Of a stretch of 64,000 nt of DNA, positions 18,942 through 28,965 are shown in pieces. The stretch is from positions 3,278 to 67,277 of the forward strand of contig CALYAD010000055.1 of the NCBI GenBank assembly GCA_944393415.1, given 5' to 3'. The position numbers and the translations under genes were made by a program. The notes under the pieces were generated by a model. It worked only from the letters and a program-made list of their open reading frames with translations, was not told where the DNA came from and did not search any database. The DNA is from an uncultured Clostridia bacterium. GTDB taxonomy: Bacteria; Bacillota; Clostridia; Oscillospirales; CAG-272. Each line of letters opens with the position of its first letter. The first letter of the stretch is position 1.

Positions 18942-20306
18942 TCACGATTGTTCGGTTACCTGCTTTGTAAGATTTTTCATCCAGTTGTATTTTCTGATTT
19001 TGAAAAACGCTACAACGCATTTCAGTATTTGGTCGCATTTAAGACATAAATACACCACCCAGGGAGACGCTCCGCATAAATACGCGACGATAGCCGAGGG
19101 AATTACTACGCAGAAAACAAATATCGCGTCGTTTTTAAAAACAAAGCTGACGTCGCCGCCTGATTTTACAAGTCCGAGCAGGCATCCGCACTGATAACAC
19201 GTTCCGATGCAGGTAAAGCAAAGCACGGTAATGAACTGCTTTGAATAATATACCGCGTCGGCGGAAATATCGTACAGACTTATAAACGGATCGCGTATCA
19301 GTATAAATGCGGCGGAGGTAAGCAGACCAAGCACGATAAACAATATCTGGACGGTTCTTGAGTATTCCTTGATTTTTGAGGTGTCGCCGGCTCCGACAGT
19401 TTTGCCTATAATTATGCCGACCGCGCCGGCAAGCCCGTTCATGCATACGTACATCATGCTGTTTACAGTATTGGCAAGGCTCGCGGCGGTAATGACGCTT
19501 TCGCTGAAGCGACCGAGAATAATGCTGTTTGCCGCGAGATTGGTTCCCCAGACGAGCTGTCCGGCGACAAGCGGCAGACCGTATTTGACCAGGTCTTTGA
19601 AGATGGATCTGTCGGGATGAAGTATCAGCGAAAAACGGAACCTGAGCTTACGGTCATAGAACCGCACATATATAAAGATTATGGCGGTTTCAAGTATACG
19701 GGCTATCAGAGTAGCTATAGCCGCCCCGCGTACGCCGAGAGCGGGAAAGCCGAGCTTTCCGAATATCAGCACATAGTTTAGCGCGACGTCAGTGACCAGA
19801 GATGCCAAAGAGACGAGAAGTCCTATCCTTGCCGATTCAACGCTTCGCATTGAGGCGATAAGCGCCTGCGTTATGCAAAAGAATATATATGAATAACATA
19901 TGACAGATATGTATTCGACTCCGTTGTCTATCACGGCGGCTTCGTTTGTAAATATACCTATAACCTGACGCGGTACCAGTGCGCAGACTGTTGTGAAAAT
20001 GATACCAAGAGAAACAGAGAATATCATACCGATCGAAATAATTTTTCTTATGCTTTCGGTATCCTTTTTTCCCCAGTACTGCGAGGAAAGCAGAAGTATC
20101 CCCGCCTCAATGCCTACGCTGATTACCTGAAGTACTGTCTGTATCTGGTTTCCCATGTAAACTCCGGACACCGCGCTGTCTCCGAGCGAGCCTATCATAA
20201 GGTTGTCGGCAAAGCCTACGGAGAATGAGATCAGATTCTGGAGTACCATGGGGATTGCGAGGGTAATGAGGGTTTTATAGAATTTTTTATCTTTAGTTAT
20301 AAACAT
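18942..20306 (-). CDS. MATE-family efflux transporter
   Basis: 454 aa, 12-TM pattern, N-terminus KTLITLAIPMVLQNLISFSVGFADNLMIG. Confidence 0.85.
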   Translation of the reverse strand: MFITKDKKFYKTLITLAIPMVLQNLISFSVGFADNLMIGSLGDSAVSGVYMGNQIQTVLQVISVGIEAGILLLSSQYWGKKDTESIRKIISIGMIFSVSLGIIFTTVCALVPRQVIGIFTNEAAVIDNGVEYISVICYSYIFFCITQALIASMRSVESARIGLLVSLASLVTDVALNYVLIFGKLGFPALGVRGAAIATLIARILETAIIFIYVRFYDRKLRFRFSLILHPDRSIFKDLVKYGLPLVAGQLVWGTNLAANSIILGRFSESVITAASLANTVNSMMYVCMNGLAGAVGIIIGKTVGAGDTSKIKEYSRTVQILFIVLGLLTSAAFILIRDPFISLYDISADAVYYSKQFITVLCFTCIGTCYQCGCLLGLVKSGGDVSFVFKNDAIFVFCVVIPSAIVAYLCGASPWVVYLCLKCDQILKCVVAFFKIRKYNWMKNLTKQVTEQS

Positions 20307-20346
20307 AATAGCGTGCCGCCGTATGAATTTATAGTATTATATTACG

Positions 20347-23322
20347 TCAGTTTTCCGTGTCTATTCCGAAGCGAACGAAGCTGTAGCCGTATTCAAAGCC
20401 CGGGCAGCTGTCGTTTTTCCATTGACCTTCAAATGAAAACGTTGTCGGACCGACGGACAGAGGTTCGGCTGTTTTGCAGTGGTGAGGACCAAGAAAATTA
20501 CGGTGTGAGTTATATAATGTAAAAGTCAGGGTATTTGTTCCTTCAATTAAATAGGAAGAGAGATCAAGGTATTTTGTGAACAGCAGATTGCCCGCATGCT
20601 TTCCGTTTACATTGACGGAGCATACACAGTATCTCCCGTCAAGCTTCAGCAGCGTCGGGTCTCCGGATCTGTAATTCAGTACGGTTTTTACCTCCAGCTT
20701 CCCGCCAAAGAAAGGATATCCGTCCCTTACCACGTCGCGGACATCGATTTCATTTTTCTGAGGAACGAGAATAAAGCTTTTCGATGCCGGATAACGCATT
20801 GCGTTGTTCGGCTCACTGCTCAGCGCCGAGTTATCGAGAGCTGCCGCAAAGCCGCCTTTGATGTATACCGCTTCTATCTCTGTATCAAATACCAGGCTGT
20901 TGCGAAGGCTTTCCATCACATTTCCGTACAGAACCTGGTATACGTAATCCCGCTGAAAGTAATCAATACAGAGCGTAAGCGTATTTTTCCCGGTATTTAC
21001 ATATTTTGCGATATCAATTTCAGCAAAAGCTCTGTCAAACCACCATTTGTCTCCTATAGAGAGCTCGCTTCCATTGATATATACCGCTTTAACTCCCGGC
21101 TTTTCTATTACGGCGGACAGCGTTTCGGGAATAAACGCGGTTTCAAAGCTGTAGCTGAGCCATAGCTCTCCTTTATAGCGGTCATAGAGCAGATTATCGC
21201 GTATGCGCTCGATAGGCCGCTCCTCGGTATAGCTCTTGCCGTCATAAGATACCGAGGCACGGTCGAGCGTCAAAAGATTTTCGGGCAGCTTATCAAAAGT
21301 AAAATTATTGCCAAGGCGTATTGTTTCCGTTTTTTCGGACAGGCGGTATTCAAGAAACTCGGGAGCGTCATAATCCGTAAGTATATACGCTTCGCTGCCG
21401 TCAAAATCAAGCAGTATTTCACAGCTGTTACCGGAATTGCGTCCCCGTACCGGCTTTAATTCAAGCGATGAAATATCTATTCTGCCGAGTTTATTAATAC
21501 CCTTGATTTTAAGAGAGAGGTTTTTGAACTCACTGCCGCTCAGGTTTGTAAGGTATATAAGCTTTCCGTATTCGGTTTCTCTGACCATGGAGGCTATTTG
21601 GGGAATATTTTTGCCATCGGAGTTTCTGAGAGAGAAGAGAGCGGCATCGCAGAGGCTGTCAAATACTCCGTCGTCAGTCAAGTCCTCGCAGTTCTGAAGG
21701 AAATCAAATTCAGCGCTGTCCGCCGGCTTTCCGTCCCTGTATTTCGGAAGATGGTGCATGTATGTATATATCTTTCCGCCTCCTGCGGCAAATTCTCTGA
21801 GCATATCGGCGGTAGTGCCGTCAAGGGTATCGAGCGCCGGAAGTATCACGACAGAATACGAGCAGTTTCCGACCCTGAGTGTATTTCCTTCTACTGAAGC
21901 ATGCCGGCTCATCATGCCTTCCTCTCCGAAATGATAGGATATCTGATGTTCGGAAAGCATGGTAAACAGCGAGCGGAAATTCCTTTCAAGCTCTGCGACC
22001 GATTTGTCGCCGTTTATACGCTGATATGTAAGCCACGCGCTGTGGATCGGATGGATAACGAGCGTGCGGCAGTCGTCGTTTCCGAGGGAAAGCATGTACC
22101 CGAGATTATTGAAATAGGCATCAAAATCCTTTAAAAATATCTGCCATGGGTTGTGGTCTGAATAATGCGCGGGATAGTCGCGCTTTCTCTGCCCCCGCTC
22201 GGAGTAAGGATAGAGATGCTGACACATTATGTTTACTCCGTTTGCATATTGCAGCTCCGCTATATGCTTCAGCTCGGAAGGAGTTACGTCCCATCCGCAG
22301 CACGCAAACATTTCCGAGAGCGCTTTTTTCTTTCCGAGCTACTCGCACGCGGATCCGAGCTGCTTAGAGGAGAGCGGAGTCTGCAGTCCGCGCCCGAGAT
22401 AGTCTATTCCCGGAATATGCTCGTACTCGTAAAACGGCATAACTGAGCCGCAGCAGAGCATTTGACCGGAAATAGAGGATTCCTCAATACCATGCCCGGT
22501 AATACGCACGTTGTTTTCAGATGCCCAATCGTATATTTTCTTAGCGAAATTTTCCATGAATTTGGTGTGCGTCATACGGTGATAATCGTAACGATAGCTT
22601 TCCGCTCCGTCAAAATCACAGAACAATGCCGGTATTGCGTCAAATACAGAATAACCGTATTCTTCATTAAACCATTTTTCCATAAAGGCCGAATACGGAG
22701 TTTTCCACCTGTAGTACTGCGGCTCGTCGGTAAAGAAGCCCGGCATGGCTTTTCCGAAATCGCTTCCGAGACGTTTTTTGTACTGCTCATGGGTCTCTGC
22801 GATAAACTTTTCGGTTATATCCGCGCGCATTGTGTCAACATATGAACTGTCTGTACGGTAACGAATTATCAGATATTTTTCGGCGCCGCTGACCGGAACG
22901 CCTGTTTTTATCGGCTTAGTCCTTCCGGATAGAGCGTAAAGCGCATATATATCGTCGTCGTTTTCCGGAAAAAAGTCTGTCAGCTCATGAATAAGGTAAA
23001 CGGAATGATTATTCGGATTCTCAAGCAGCTTTCCGCCGGCAAAACCGCTCGGCCAGCCGTTCTCATCGTACGCCCACGCCTCCATTCCGAGCTTTTTTGC
23101 CTCGTCTATACAGATTTTTATGCAGTTATACCATTCATCTGAAAGATATTCCGTTTCAAGCCCGCCTCTGGCGTGCATGAAAAAACCGTTTATCTTCATA
23201 TCGTGCATATTGCGTATTTGTCTGCGGAGCTCAGCTTCCTCAAGCCTGTCGTTCCAGCTCCAAAAGGGTAGACTTCCGTATTCAAGAGAATTTCTCTTTA
23301 TCTGCTCTGTAAGTTTATTCAT
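20347..23322 (-). pseudogene. Large glycoside-hydrolase-like gene (about 990 codons) interrupted by one in-frame TAG at 22339-22341
   Basis: ORFs 22339-23322 and 20347-22311 are in the same frame. The junction reads ...SSKQLGSACE-TAG-LGKKKALSE-MFACCGWDVT. The N-terminus EYGSLPFWSWNDRLEEAELRRQIRNMHDMKINGFFMHARGGLETEY is typical of a large GH family with a C-terminal jelly-roll domain; the exact family is not resolved. Confidence 0.7.
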
Positions 23323-23371
23323 TACTTTTTCGTCCTTTCGCGATACTAATGTTGTTGCGCCGGGATTGAAC

Positions 23372-24976
23372 TTAATTGCCGGAAGCTTCTTTTGCCGTTT
23401 TCATTTCAACAAACTGCTCATATGTGCCGAGATAGTCCGTCATTCCTTCGGGGGTGATCTCAATAATCCGGTTTGCGACGGTATTGACTATTTCATAGTC
23501 GTGAGAAGAGAACAGTACGACGCTTTTATAATCAGTCAAAGCGTTATTTACCGCTGTTATGGATTCAAGGTCGAGGTGATCGGTAGGCTGGTCGAGCATC
23601 AGGACGTTAGCGCCCTTCAGCATCATTCTTGAAAACATACACCTTACCTTTTCACCTCCGGACAGGACATTCACAGGCTTGTAAACGCTGTCTCCGGAAA
23701 ACAGCATTCTTCCGAGAAACCCTCTGAGATATGCTTCTGTCTGGTCAGAGGAGTACGCGCGCATCCAATCGATGATAGTCTCGTTATGACCGTTGAAAAA
23801 CGCGGAGTTGTCATGTGGGAAATAGGAGCGCGAGGTGCTTATCCCCCATTTGAAGGAGCCGCCGTCCGGCGTAAGCTCCTCGTTGAGCACCTTGAAAAGC
23901 GCGCTGATCGACATTTCGTTGCCCACAAATGCGATCTTATCGTCTTTACTCACGTTAAACGAGATCTTATCAAGAAGCTTTATGCCGTCGAGAGTAAGAG
24001 AAAGGTCGCTTACCGTCAGGATATCCTTGCCGAGCTGACGGTCAATATCAAAATTAATATACGGATACCGGCGGCTGGATGCCGGAAGCTCCTCGATCGT
24101 TATCTTTTCAAGCAGCTTTCGGCGGGAGGTAGCCTGACGGGATTTGGATTTATTGGCGGAAAAGCGTGCGATGAATGACTGCAGCTCCTTGATTTTATCC
24201 TCGTTTTTCTTATTCTGCTGCTTAATCATTTTCTGTATCAGCTGACTTGATTCATACCAGAACTCATAGTTTCCGACGTACATTTTTATATTGCCATAGT
24301 CTATGTCCACTATATTGGTACAAACATCGTTAAGGAAATGACGGTCGTGAGAGATTACAAGCACGGTTCCGAAATAATCGGCGAGAAAATCCTCAAGCCA
24401 GGTAACCGCCGGAAGGTCGAGACCGTTAGTAGGCTCGTCAAGCAGGATTATATCCGGGTTTCCGAAAAGAGCCTGAGCGAGCAGTACCTTGACCTTTTCG
24501 CTTTCCTTAATCGCCGACATCTCGCTGTAGATAATATCCGCCTCAAGTCCGAGTCCGGTGATAAGCTTAGATACCTCGGACTCCGCCTCCCAACCGTTAA
24601 GCTCCGCGAACTCAGCCTCAAGCTCAGAGGCTTTTATACCGTCCTCCTCCGAGAAATCATCTTTGGCATACAGAGCGTCCTTTTCCTTCATTATCTCATA
24701 TAGGCGCACGTTTCCCATTATAACCGTGTCAAGTACCGTAAATTCCTCAAACGCGAAATGGTCCTGCTTAAGCACCGACATCCGCACTGAGTCAGGAACT
24801 GATATTTCGCCGGTAGAGGGCTCCAGCTCTCCGCACAAAAGCCTGAAAAATGTGGATTTCCCGGCACCGTTAGCTCCGATTATGCCGTAGCAGTTTCCCG
24901 GTGTAAATTTCAGATCGACGTTTTTAAATAGTGTCTGACCTCCGAAATGAAAGCTCAAATTAGTTACAGTGATCAA
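23372..24976 (-). CDS. ABC-F ATPase, YbiT-like (two tandem NBDs, no TM segments)
   Basis: 534 aa, TTG start behind AAAGGA. Long stretches resemble E. coli YbiT (QDHFAFEEFTVLDTVIMG, LQSFIARFSANKSKSRQATSR). NBD1 has GANGAGKST and LLDEPTN. NBD2 has GNEMSISA and LMLDQPTD. Confidence 0.9.
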   Translation of the reverse strand: MITVTNLSFHFGGQTLFKNVDLKFTPGNCYGIIGANGAGKSTFFRLLCGELEPSTGEISVPDSVRMSVLKQDHFAFEEFTVLDTVIMGNVRLYEIMKEKDALYAKDDFSEEDGIKASELEAEFAELNGWEAESEVSKLITGLGLEADIIYSEMSAIKESEKVKVLLAQALFGNPDIILLDEPTNGLDLPAVTWLEDFLADYFGTVLVISHDRHFLNDVCTNIVDIDYGNIKMYVGNYEFWYESSQLIQKMIKQQNKKNEDKIKELQSFIARFSANKSKSRQATSRRKLLEKITIEELPASSRRYPYINFDIDRQLGKDILTVSDLSLTLDGIKLLDKISFNVSKDDKIAFVGNEMSISALFKVLNEELTPDGGSFKWGISTSRSYFPHDNSAFFNGHNETIIDWMRAYSSDQTEAYLRGFLGRMLFSGDSVYKPVNVLSGGEKVRCMFSRMMLKGANVLMLDQPTDHLDLESITAVNNALTDYKSVVLFSSHDYEIVNTVANRIIEITPEGMTDYLGTYEQFVEMKTAKEASGN

Positions 24977-25029
24977 TTTATATTTCCTTTCTGATAAACC
25001 GTTATTTATGTATTTGAAAATGAAAAAGT

Positions 25030-25560
25030 TTATTTAAAAAGTGAATTTCCCTTAATGTCTATACCTACCACAAGCGGGAAATCGCGGAACTCCATTTTTT
25101 TAACCGATTCACAACCGAGTTCTTCAAAGGCTATGACCTCGCAGCTCGTTATGCATCTGGCGGCGATAGCTCCCGCGCCGCCCATTGCGCAAAGGTAAAT
25201 GCTCCCGTGCCTGATCATTTCTTGGCGGACCTCCTCGCTTCGGTTTCCCTTGCCGATAGTCGCCGCCAGTCCCAGGCTAAGGAGCTTTGGCATAAAGGAA
25301 TCCATTCTTGAAGATGTGGTGGGACCGCAGGAGCCTATCGGCATCCCGGGCCTTGCCGGAGTCGGACCGCAATAGTAAATAACAGCGTCTTTTAAATCAA
25401 ACGGAAGCGGAGCGCCAAGCTCTATAAGCATGAGCATGCGTTTATGCGCGGCATCACGGGCGCTGTAGACCGTACCGGACAGGAAAAGCTCGTCGCCTGC
25501 GCGCAGATATTGTGTAGCCTCTCTTATATTTGAAGAGTTAATATGCTTAACTGAATCCAT
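25030..25560 (-). CDS. Fe-S hydro-lyase beta-type subunit (class I fumarate hydratase / tartrate dehydratase beta)
   Basis: Motifs: GTVYSARDAAHKRM, IYYCGPTPARPG, GSCGPTTSSRMD, IGKGNRS. The start was set at ATG 25560 (MDSVKHI). Confidence 0.75.
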   Translation of the reverse strand: MDSVKHINSSNIREATQYLRAGDELFLSGTVYSARDAAHKRMLMLIELGAPLPFDLKDAVIYYCGPTPARPGMPIGSCGPTTSSRMDSFMPKLLSLGLAATIGKGNRSEEVRQEMIRHGSIYLCAMGGAGAIAARCITSCEVIAFEELGCESVKKMEFRDFPLVVGIDIKGNSLFK

Positions 25561-25891
25561 GTTAATTTTGTTTTTCCTTTCCGAAAAATGAAGGGCGGAT
25601 AGATTATCCGATATTAAGCGCGGTAATACGACAATCGGGTTATATGCGCATATCCGCATTTATATTATTATAACATAATATAATAAAATTTGCAACCGTT
25701 TTCCCGATTTTGAGTTAAAAATTTGTGGAAATTTTCATGATCGCGTTAAATAAAATTATCGGTGTTACCGTTTGTGACATTTTTTTCTTTTTGACAGTGC
25801 TATAATTGTGTCGTCGGGCGTGAAAGCTTACACGCAAAATATTTTACGGTTCGAAAGGAGACCTTTGCGCGGCAAAGGCATACTATGCGAG

Positions 25892-26743
25892 ATGCAGCAG
25901 GTAATATATGCAGATATTCTGTTTGTTATCAATTTCAGTATGGACTTCCTTGCTTTTTACATACTTTCTTTTATACTTAAGCTTCCGGTGCGGAAGATAA
26001 GAATGTTTATATCCGCCGCGGTAGGAGCTTTATATTCCGTTTCCGAGGTTATAGTTCATCACGATAATATACCGATAGCGCTTCTGGTAGCGGCTGTGAT
26101 GTGTCTGATATGCTTTGGCAGAAGCGGTATAGGGGCCTTTTTACGTCAGATAATAGGCTTTGTGTCCGTGAATTTTCTGCTCGGCGGCGGGATGACCGCA
26201 ATATTCAGTATTTTCAACGCCATGGGACATGAGCAGAAGCTGCTTATTTACGGAGAGCTTAATACCGTGGGAGAAAAGCTTCCGTTTTCTTATTTTGTAC
26301 TTGGATTTGCGCTTATTGCGATACTTTCACTGCTGTTTGCGGGCGTATATTCGTCTCGTTCGGATAGGAAAAAGGTAAGCGGACAGATAACCTATAACGG
26401 TAAAACCATGGAATTTTCACTTCTTTGCGACAGCGGAAACCTGCTTACCGAGCCTCTTAGCGGAGAACCGGTTATTTTTCTCAGCGAATCGGCTTTTTCA
26501 AAGCTTTGCGGCTCTAAAACGCTGGCTGCGGTAAAAAGTGCCGACGCCTCTTTTATGAAAAGCGATACGAAAAACATCAGGCTTGTGGTATATGAGACTG
26601 TCGGCGGCAGCGATATGGGAGTTTGTATCAGACCGGAGAGGATCACACTCGGCGGTAAGAACGTAAGAGCATGGATAACCATGGGCAAAAGCGGCGCCTA
26701 CGGTGAAAGCGAGGGGCTTGTGCCGTCGTCTCTTATAAAATAA
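25892..26743 (+). CDS. spoIIGA: Sigma-E processing peptidase SpoIIGA
   Basis: [23 protein letters not shown] is followed by multiple TM segments. The aspartic motif is [18 protein letters not shown]. sigE follows immediately. Confidence 0.85.
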   Translation: MQQVIYADILFVINFSMDFLAFYILSFILKLPVRKIRMFISAAVGALYSVSEVIVHHDNIPIALLVAAVMCLICFGRSGIGAFLRQIIGFVSVNFLLGGGMTAIFSIFNAMGHEQKLLIYGELNTVGEKLPFSYFVLGFALIAILSLLFAGVYSSRSDRKKVSGQITYNGKTMEFSLLCDSGNLLTEPLSGEPVIFLSESAFSKLCGSKTLAAVKSADASFMKSDTKNIRLVVYETVGGSDMGVCIRPERITLGGKNVRAWITMGKSGAYGESEGLVPSSLIK

Positions 26744-26778
26744 AAAATAATGGTATTCAGAAAGGTATGGTCAAAATA

Positions 26779-27489
26779 ATGAATTTAAAGATCTTCGCGG
26801 AGCTTTTCAGAAAATTCAGAGACGGTTTACTCGGAAGCAAGGAAGTATTTTATATTAACGGCGCGGATACGCTGCCACCTCCGCTGAGCGCCGAGGAGGA
26901 AGCAAAAGTCATAGAAAGACTCCCGGACGATCAGAGCGCCAAGGCTACGCTCGTAGAGCACAATCTGCGACTCGTTGTCTACATAGCCAAAAAGTTCGAG
27001 AATATAGGAACGGATATCGAGGACATAATATCAATCGGAACCATTGGGCTGATGAAGGCCGTTAACACGTATAATCCCGATAAGAATATAAAGCTGGCTA
27101 CATATGCTTCACGATGTATTGAAAACGAAATACTGATGTATATAAGGAAAAACAGCGGTCAGAGGTCGGAAGTATCGATAGAGGAGCCGCTTAATACTGA
27201 CTGGGACGGCAACGAGCTTTTGCTTTCCGATATACTCGGAGGCGATGACGACGCGGTATACAAAGAGCTTGAGGACGAGGAGGATAAAAAGACTATTCGT
27301 CAGGCGCTGCAGGGACTGGACGAACGGGAACGTGAGATCATAGTACTTCGTTTCGGGCTCGACGGAAGCGACAGGGAGCTGACACAGAAGGAGGTCGCCG
27401 ACATGCTCGGTATCTCGCAGTCGTACATCTCGCGTCTGGAAAAAAGGATAATGACTCGCCTCAGACACGAAATGGAAAATAAAATATAG
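26779..27489 (+). CDS. sigE: Pro-sigma-E, sporulation sigma factor
   Basis: [17 protein letters not shown]...[64 protein letters not shown] is near-identical in pattern to B. subtilis SigE. The gene ends in TAG. Confidence 0.9.
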   Translation: MNLKIFAELFRKFRDGLLGSKEVFYINGADTLPPPLSAEEEAKVIERLPDDQSAKATLVEHNLRLVVYIAKKFENIGTDIEDIISIGTIGLMKAVNTYNPDKNIKLATYASRCIENEILMYIRKNSGQRSEVSIEEPLNTDWDGNELLLSDILGGDDDAVYKELEDEEDKKTIRQALQGLDEREREIIVLRFGLDGSDRELTQKEVADMLGISQSYISRLEKRIMTRLRHEMENKI

Positions 27490-27519
27490 CATAAAATATA
27501 TAAAATTTTCCGAAAACCC

Positions 27520-27548
27520 TTGACAAATACAATCGTCTGTGATATAAT
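27520..27548 (+). promoter_or_regulatory. Consensus sigma-A promoter in front of tRNA-Ala
   Basis: TTGACA (27520-27525), a 17-nt spacer, then TATAAT (27543-27548), ending 15 nt before the tRNA. Confidence 0.65.
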
Positions 27549-27563
27549 AACAACGTTAATTAC

Positions 27564-27639
27564 GGGGTTGTAGCTCAGTTGGGAGAGCGGTGCGTTCGCA
27601 ACGCACAGGTCAAGGGTTCAAGTCCCTCCAGCTCCACCA
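27564..27639 (+). tRNA. tRNA-Ala (anticodon CGC), CCA encoded
   Basis: A 76-nt cloverleaf folded by hand. Acceptor is GGGGTTG/CAGCTCC with the G3:U70 alanine identity pair. The anticodon loop is TTCGCAA and the T-loop is TTCAAGT. Confidence 0.9.
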
Positions 27640-27913
27640 GTCTGCGGCGTCGGTAACCATGATCATAAGACACTAACCAGGGAAGCGTAAATTTTAGTTT
27701 TCGAGTTGGCTTAGATCCGGTTGAGGTCGCTGCGAAAGATTTTTCAGGTAAGAAAAAACTGCTTTATATGAAGTCTTTTCTACTGCTGGCACAAATTAAG
27801 CGGCGGACAGTCGTCTCTTTAGCGTTTGCTTCGTCACTTGAGCGTCGGTGACCGTACCGTAGCGTGCTGATTTAAGAATGTCCGTACACCGTGCGGAATG
27901 TTCCACAATATTG

Positions 27914-27947
27914 AGCGCGGCAGTTCGTTGCCGCGCTTTTCCTTTTT
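27914..27947 (+). terminator. Intrinsic terminator / attenuator immediately upstream of cysK
   Basis: AGCGCGGCA-GTTCGT-TGCCGCGCT is followed by TTTTCCTTTTT. It ends 26 nt before the cysK start. Confidence 0.65.
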
Positions 27948-27972
27948 AACTGTCATAAAGGAGTTGATTTCT

Positions 27973-28902
27973 TTGAATATTTACAGCGGAATAGAATCAC
28001 TGGTAGGAAACACAAAGCTGTTCTATCTCGGAAACTACTGTAAAAGCCGCGGCGTGAAGGCGAAGCTTTGCGTTAAGCTGGAAAGCGGTAATCCGGCGGG
28101 AAGCGTAAAGGATCGTGCGGCTCTCTATATGATAAAAGACGCTGAGAGACGCGGAATTCTTAAAAAAGGCTCCGTTATAATAGAGCCTACAAGCGGAAAT
28201 ACGGGTATAGGGCTTGCCGCTATTGGGCGCGCCAGAGGATACAGAGTGATTCTTACCATGCCGGACACTATGAGCATAGAAAGAAGAAATCTGCTTTCCG
28301 CGTACGGAGCGGAGATTATTCTGACCGAAGGCAGGTTAGGGATGAAGGGAGCGATAGACAAAGCGGACGAGCTGTCAAGAACCTTTCCAGACAGCTTTAT
28401 TCCGGGACAGTTTGACAATCCCGCCAACACAATGGCTCATACAGAAACCACCGGACCGGAGATCTGGCGGGATACGGACGGCACGATAGCTGCTTTTGTC
28501 GCGGGAATCGGGACGGGCGCTACGCTTTCGGGAACTGCAAAATATCTGAAATCCCGGAATCCGGGAATTCATACTGTCGGAGTAGAACCGCTTGAATCGC
28601 CGATGATAACCGAGGGGATCGCCGGACCGCACAAGATACAGGGAATAGGCGCGAATTTCGTTCCGGGGAATTACGATACCGGATACTGTGACGAGATTAT
28701 CAAAATCAGCGGAGAAGAGGCTTATAGCTGCGGACGGGAAGTGGCGCGAACCGAAGGTATACTGATAGGAATATCCTCGGGCGCGGCCGTATGCGCTGCG
28801 GAAAAGCTTGCCGAAAAAGGCATTTACAACGAAAAAATAATAGTCGCGGTCGCGGCGGACAGCGGAGAGCATTATCTTTCCGTAAAGGATTATTTGCTGT
28901 AA
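27973..28902 (+). CDS. cysK: Cysteine synthase A (O-acetylserine sulfhydrylase)
   Basis: TTG start 9 nt after AAAGGAG. PLP-lysine motif NPAGSVKDRAA and TSGNTGIGLA are present. ORF-track residues 1-25 translate the leader and terminator. Confidence 0.9.
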   Translation: MNIYSGIESLVGNTKLFYLGNYCKSRGVKAKLCVKLESGNPAGSVKDRAALYMIKDAERRGILKKGSVIIEPTSGNTGIGLAAIGRARGYRVILTMPDTMSIERRNLLSAYGAEIILTEGRLGMKGAIDKADELSRTFPDSFIPGQFDNPANTMAHTETTGPEIWRDTDGTIAAFVAGIGTGATLSGTAKYLKSRNPGIHTVGVEPLESPMITEGIAGPHKIQGIGANFVPGNYDTGYCDEIIKISGEEAYSCGREVARTEGILIGISSGAAVCAAEKLAEKGIYNEKIIVAVAADSGEHYLSVKDYLL

Positions 28903-28965
28903 TATATTGATAATATATGCGCGTATCTGATAAAAACCGACAAATTAAAAGAAAGGATCAGAATA

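Noticed and set aside
22339-22341. Stop-codon reassignment (TAG or TGA read as sense) as an explanation for the two internal stops at 22339 and 56481.
   Set aside because: Conserved genes in the window end at their expected C-termini on TAG (sigE, 27487-27489) and on TGA (14848-14850 and 18151-18153). Both codons therefore function as stops here. I saw no pyl or sel machinery and no SECIS-like context.
27640-27913. Calling the cysK leader a T-box or SAM-I riboswitch.
   Set aside because: I could not find the T-box core (GGGUGGUACCGCG), a convincing specifier loop, or the SAM-I conserved junction sequences by eye. It is reported as unassigned.
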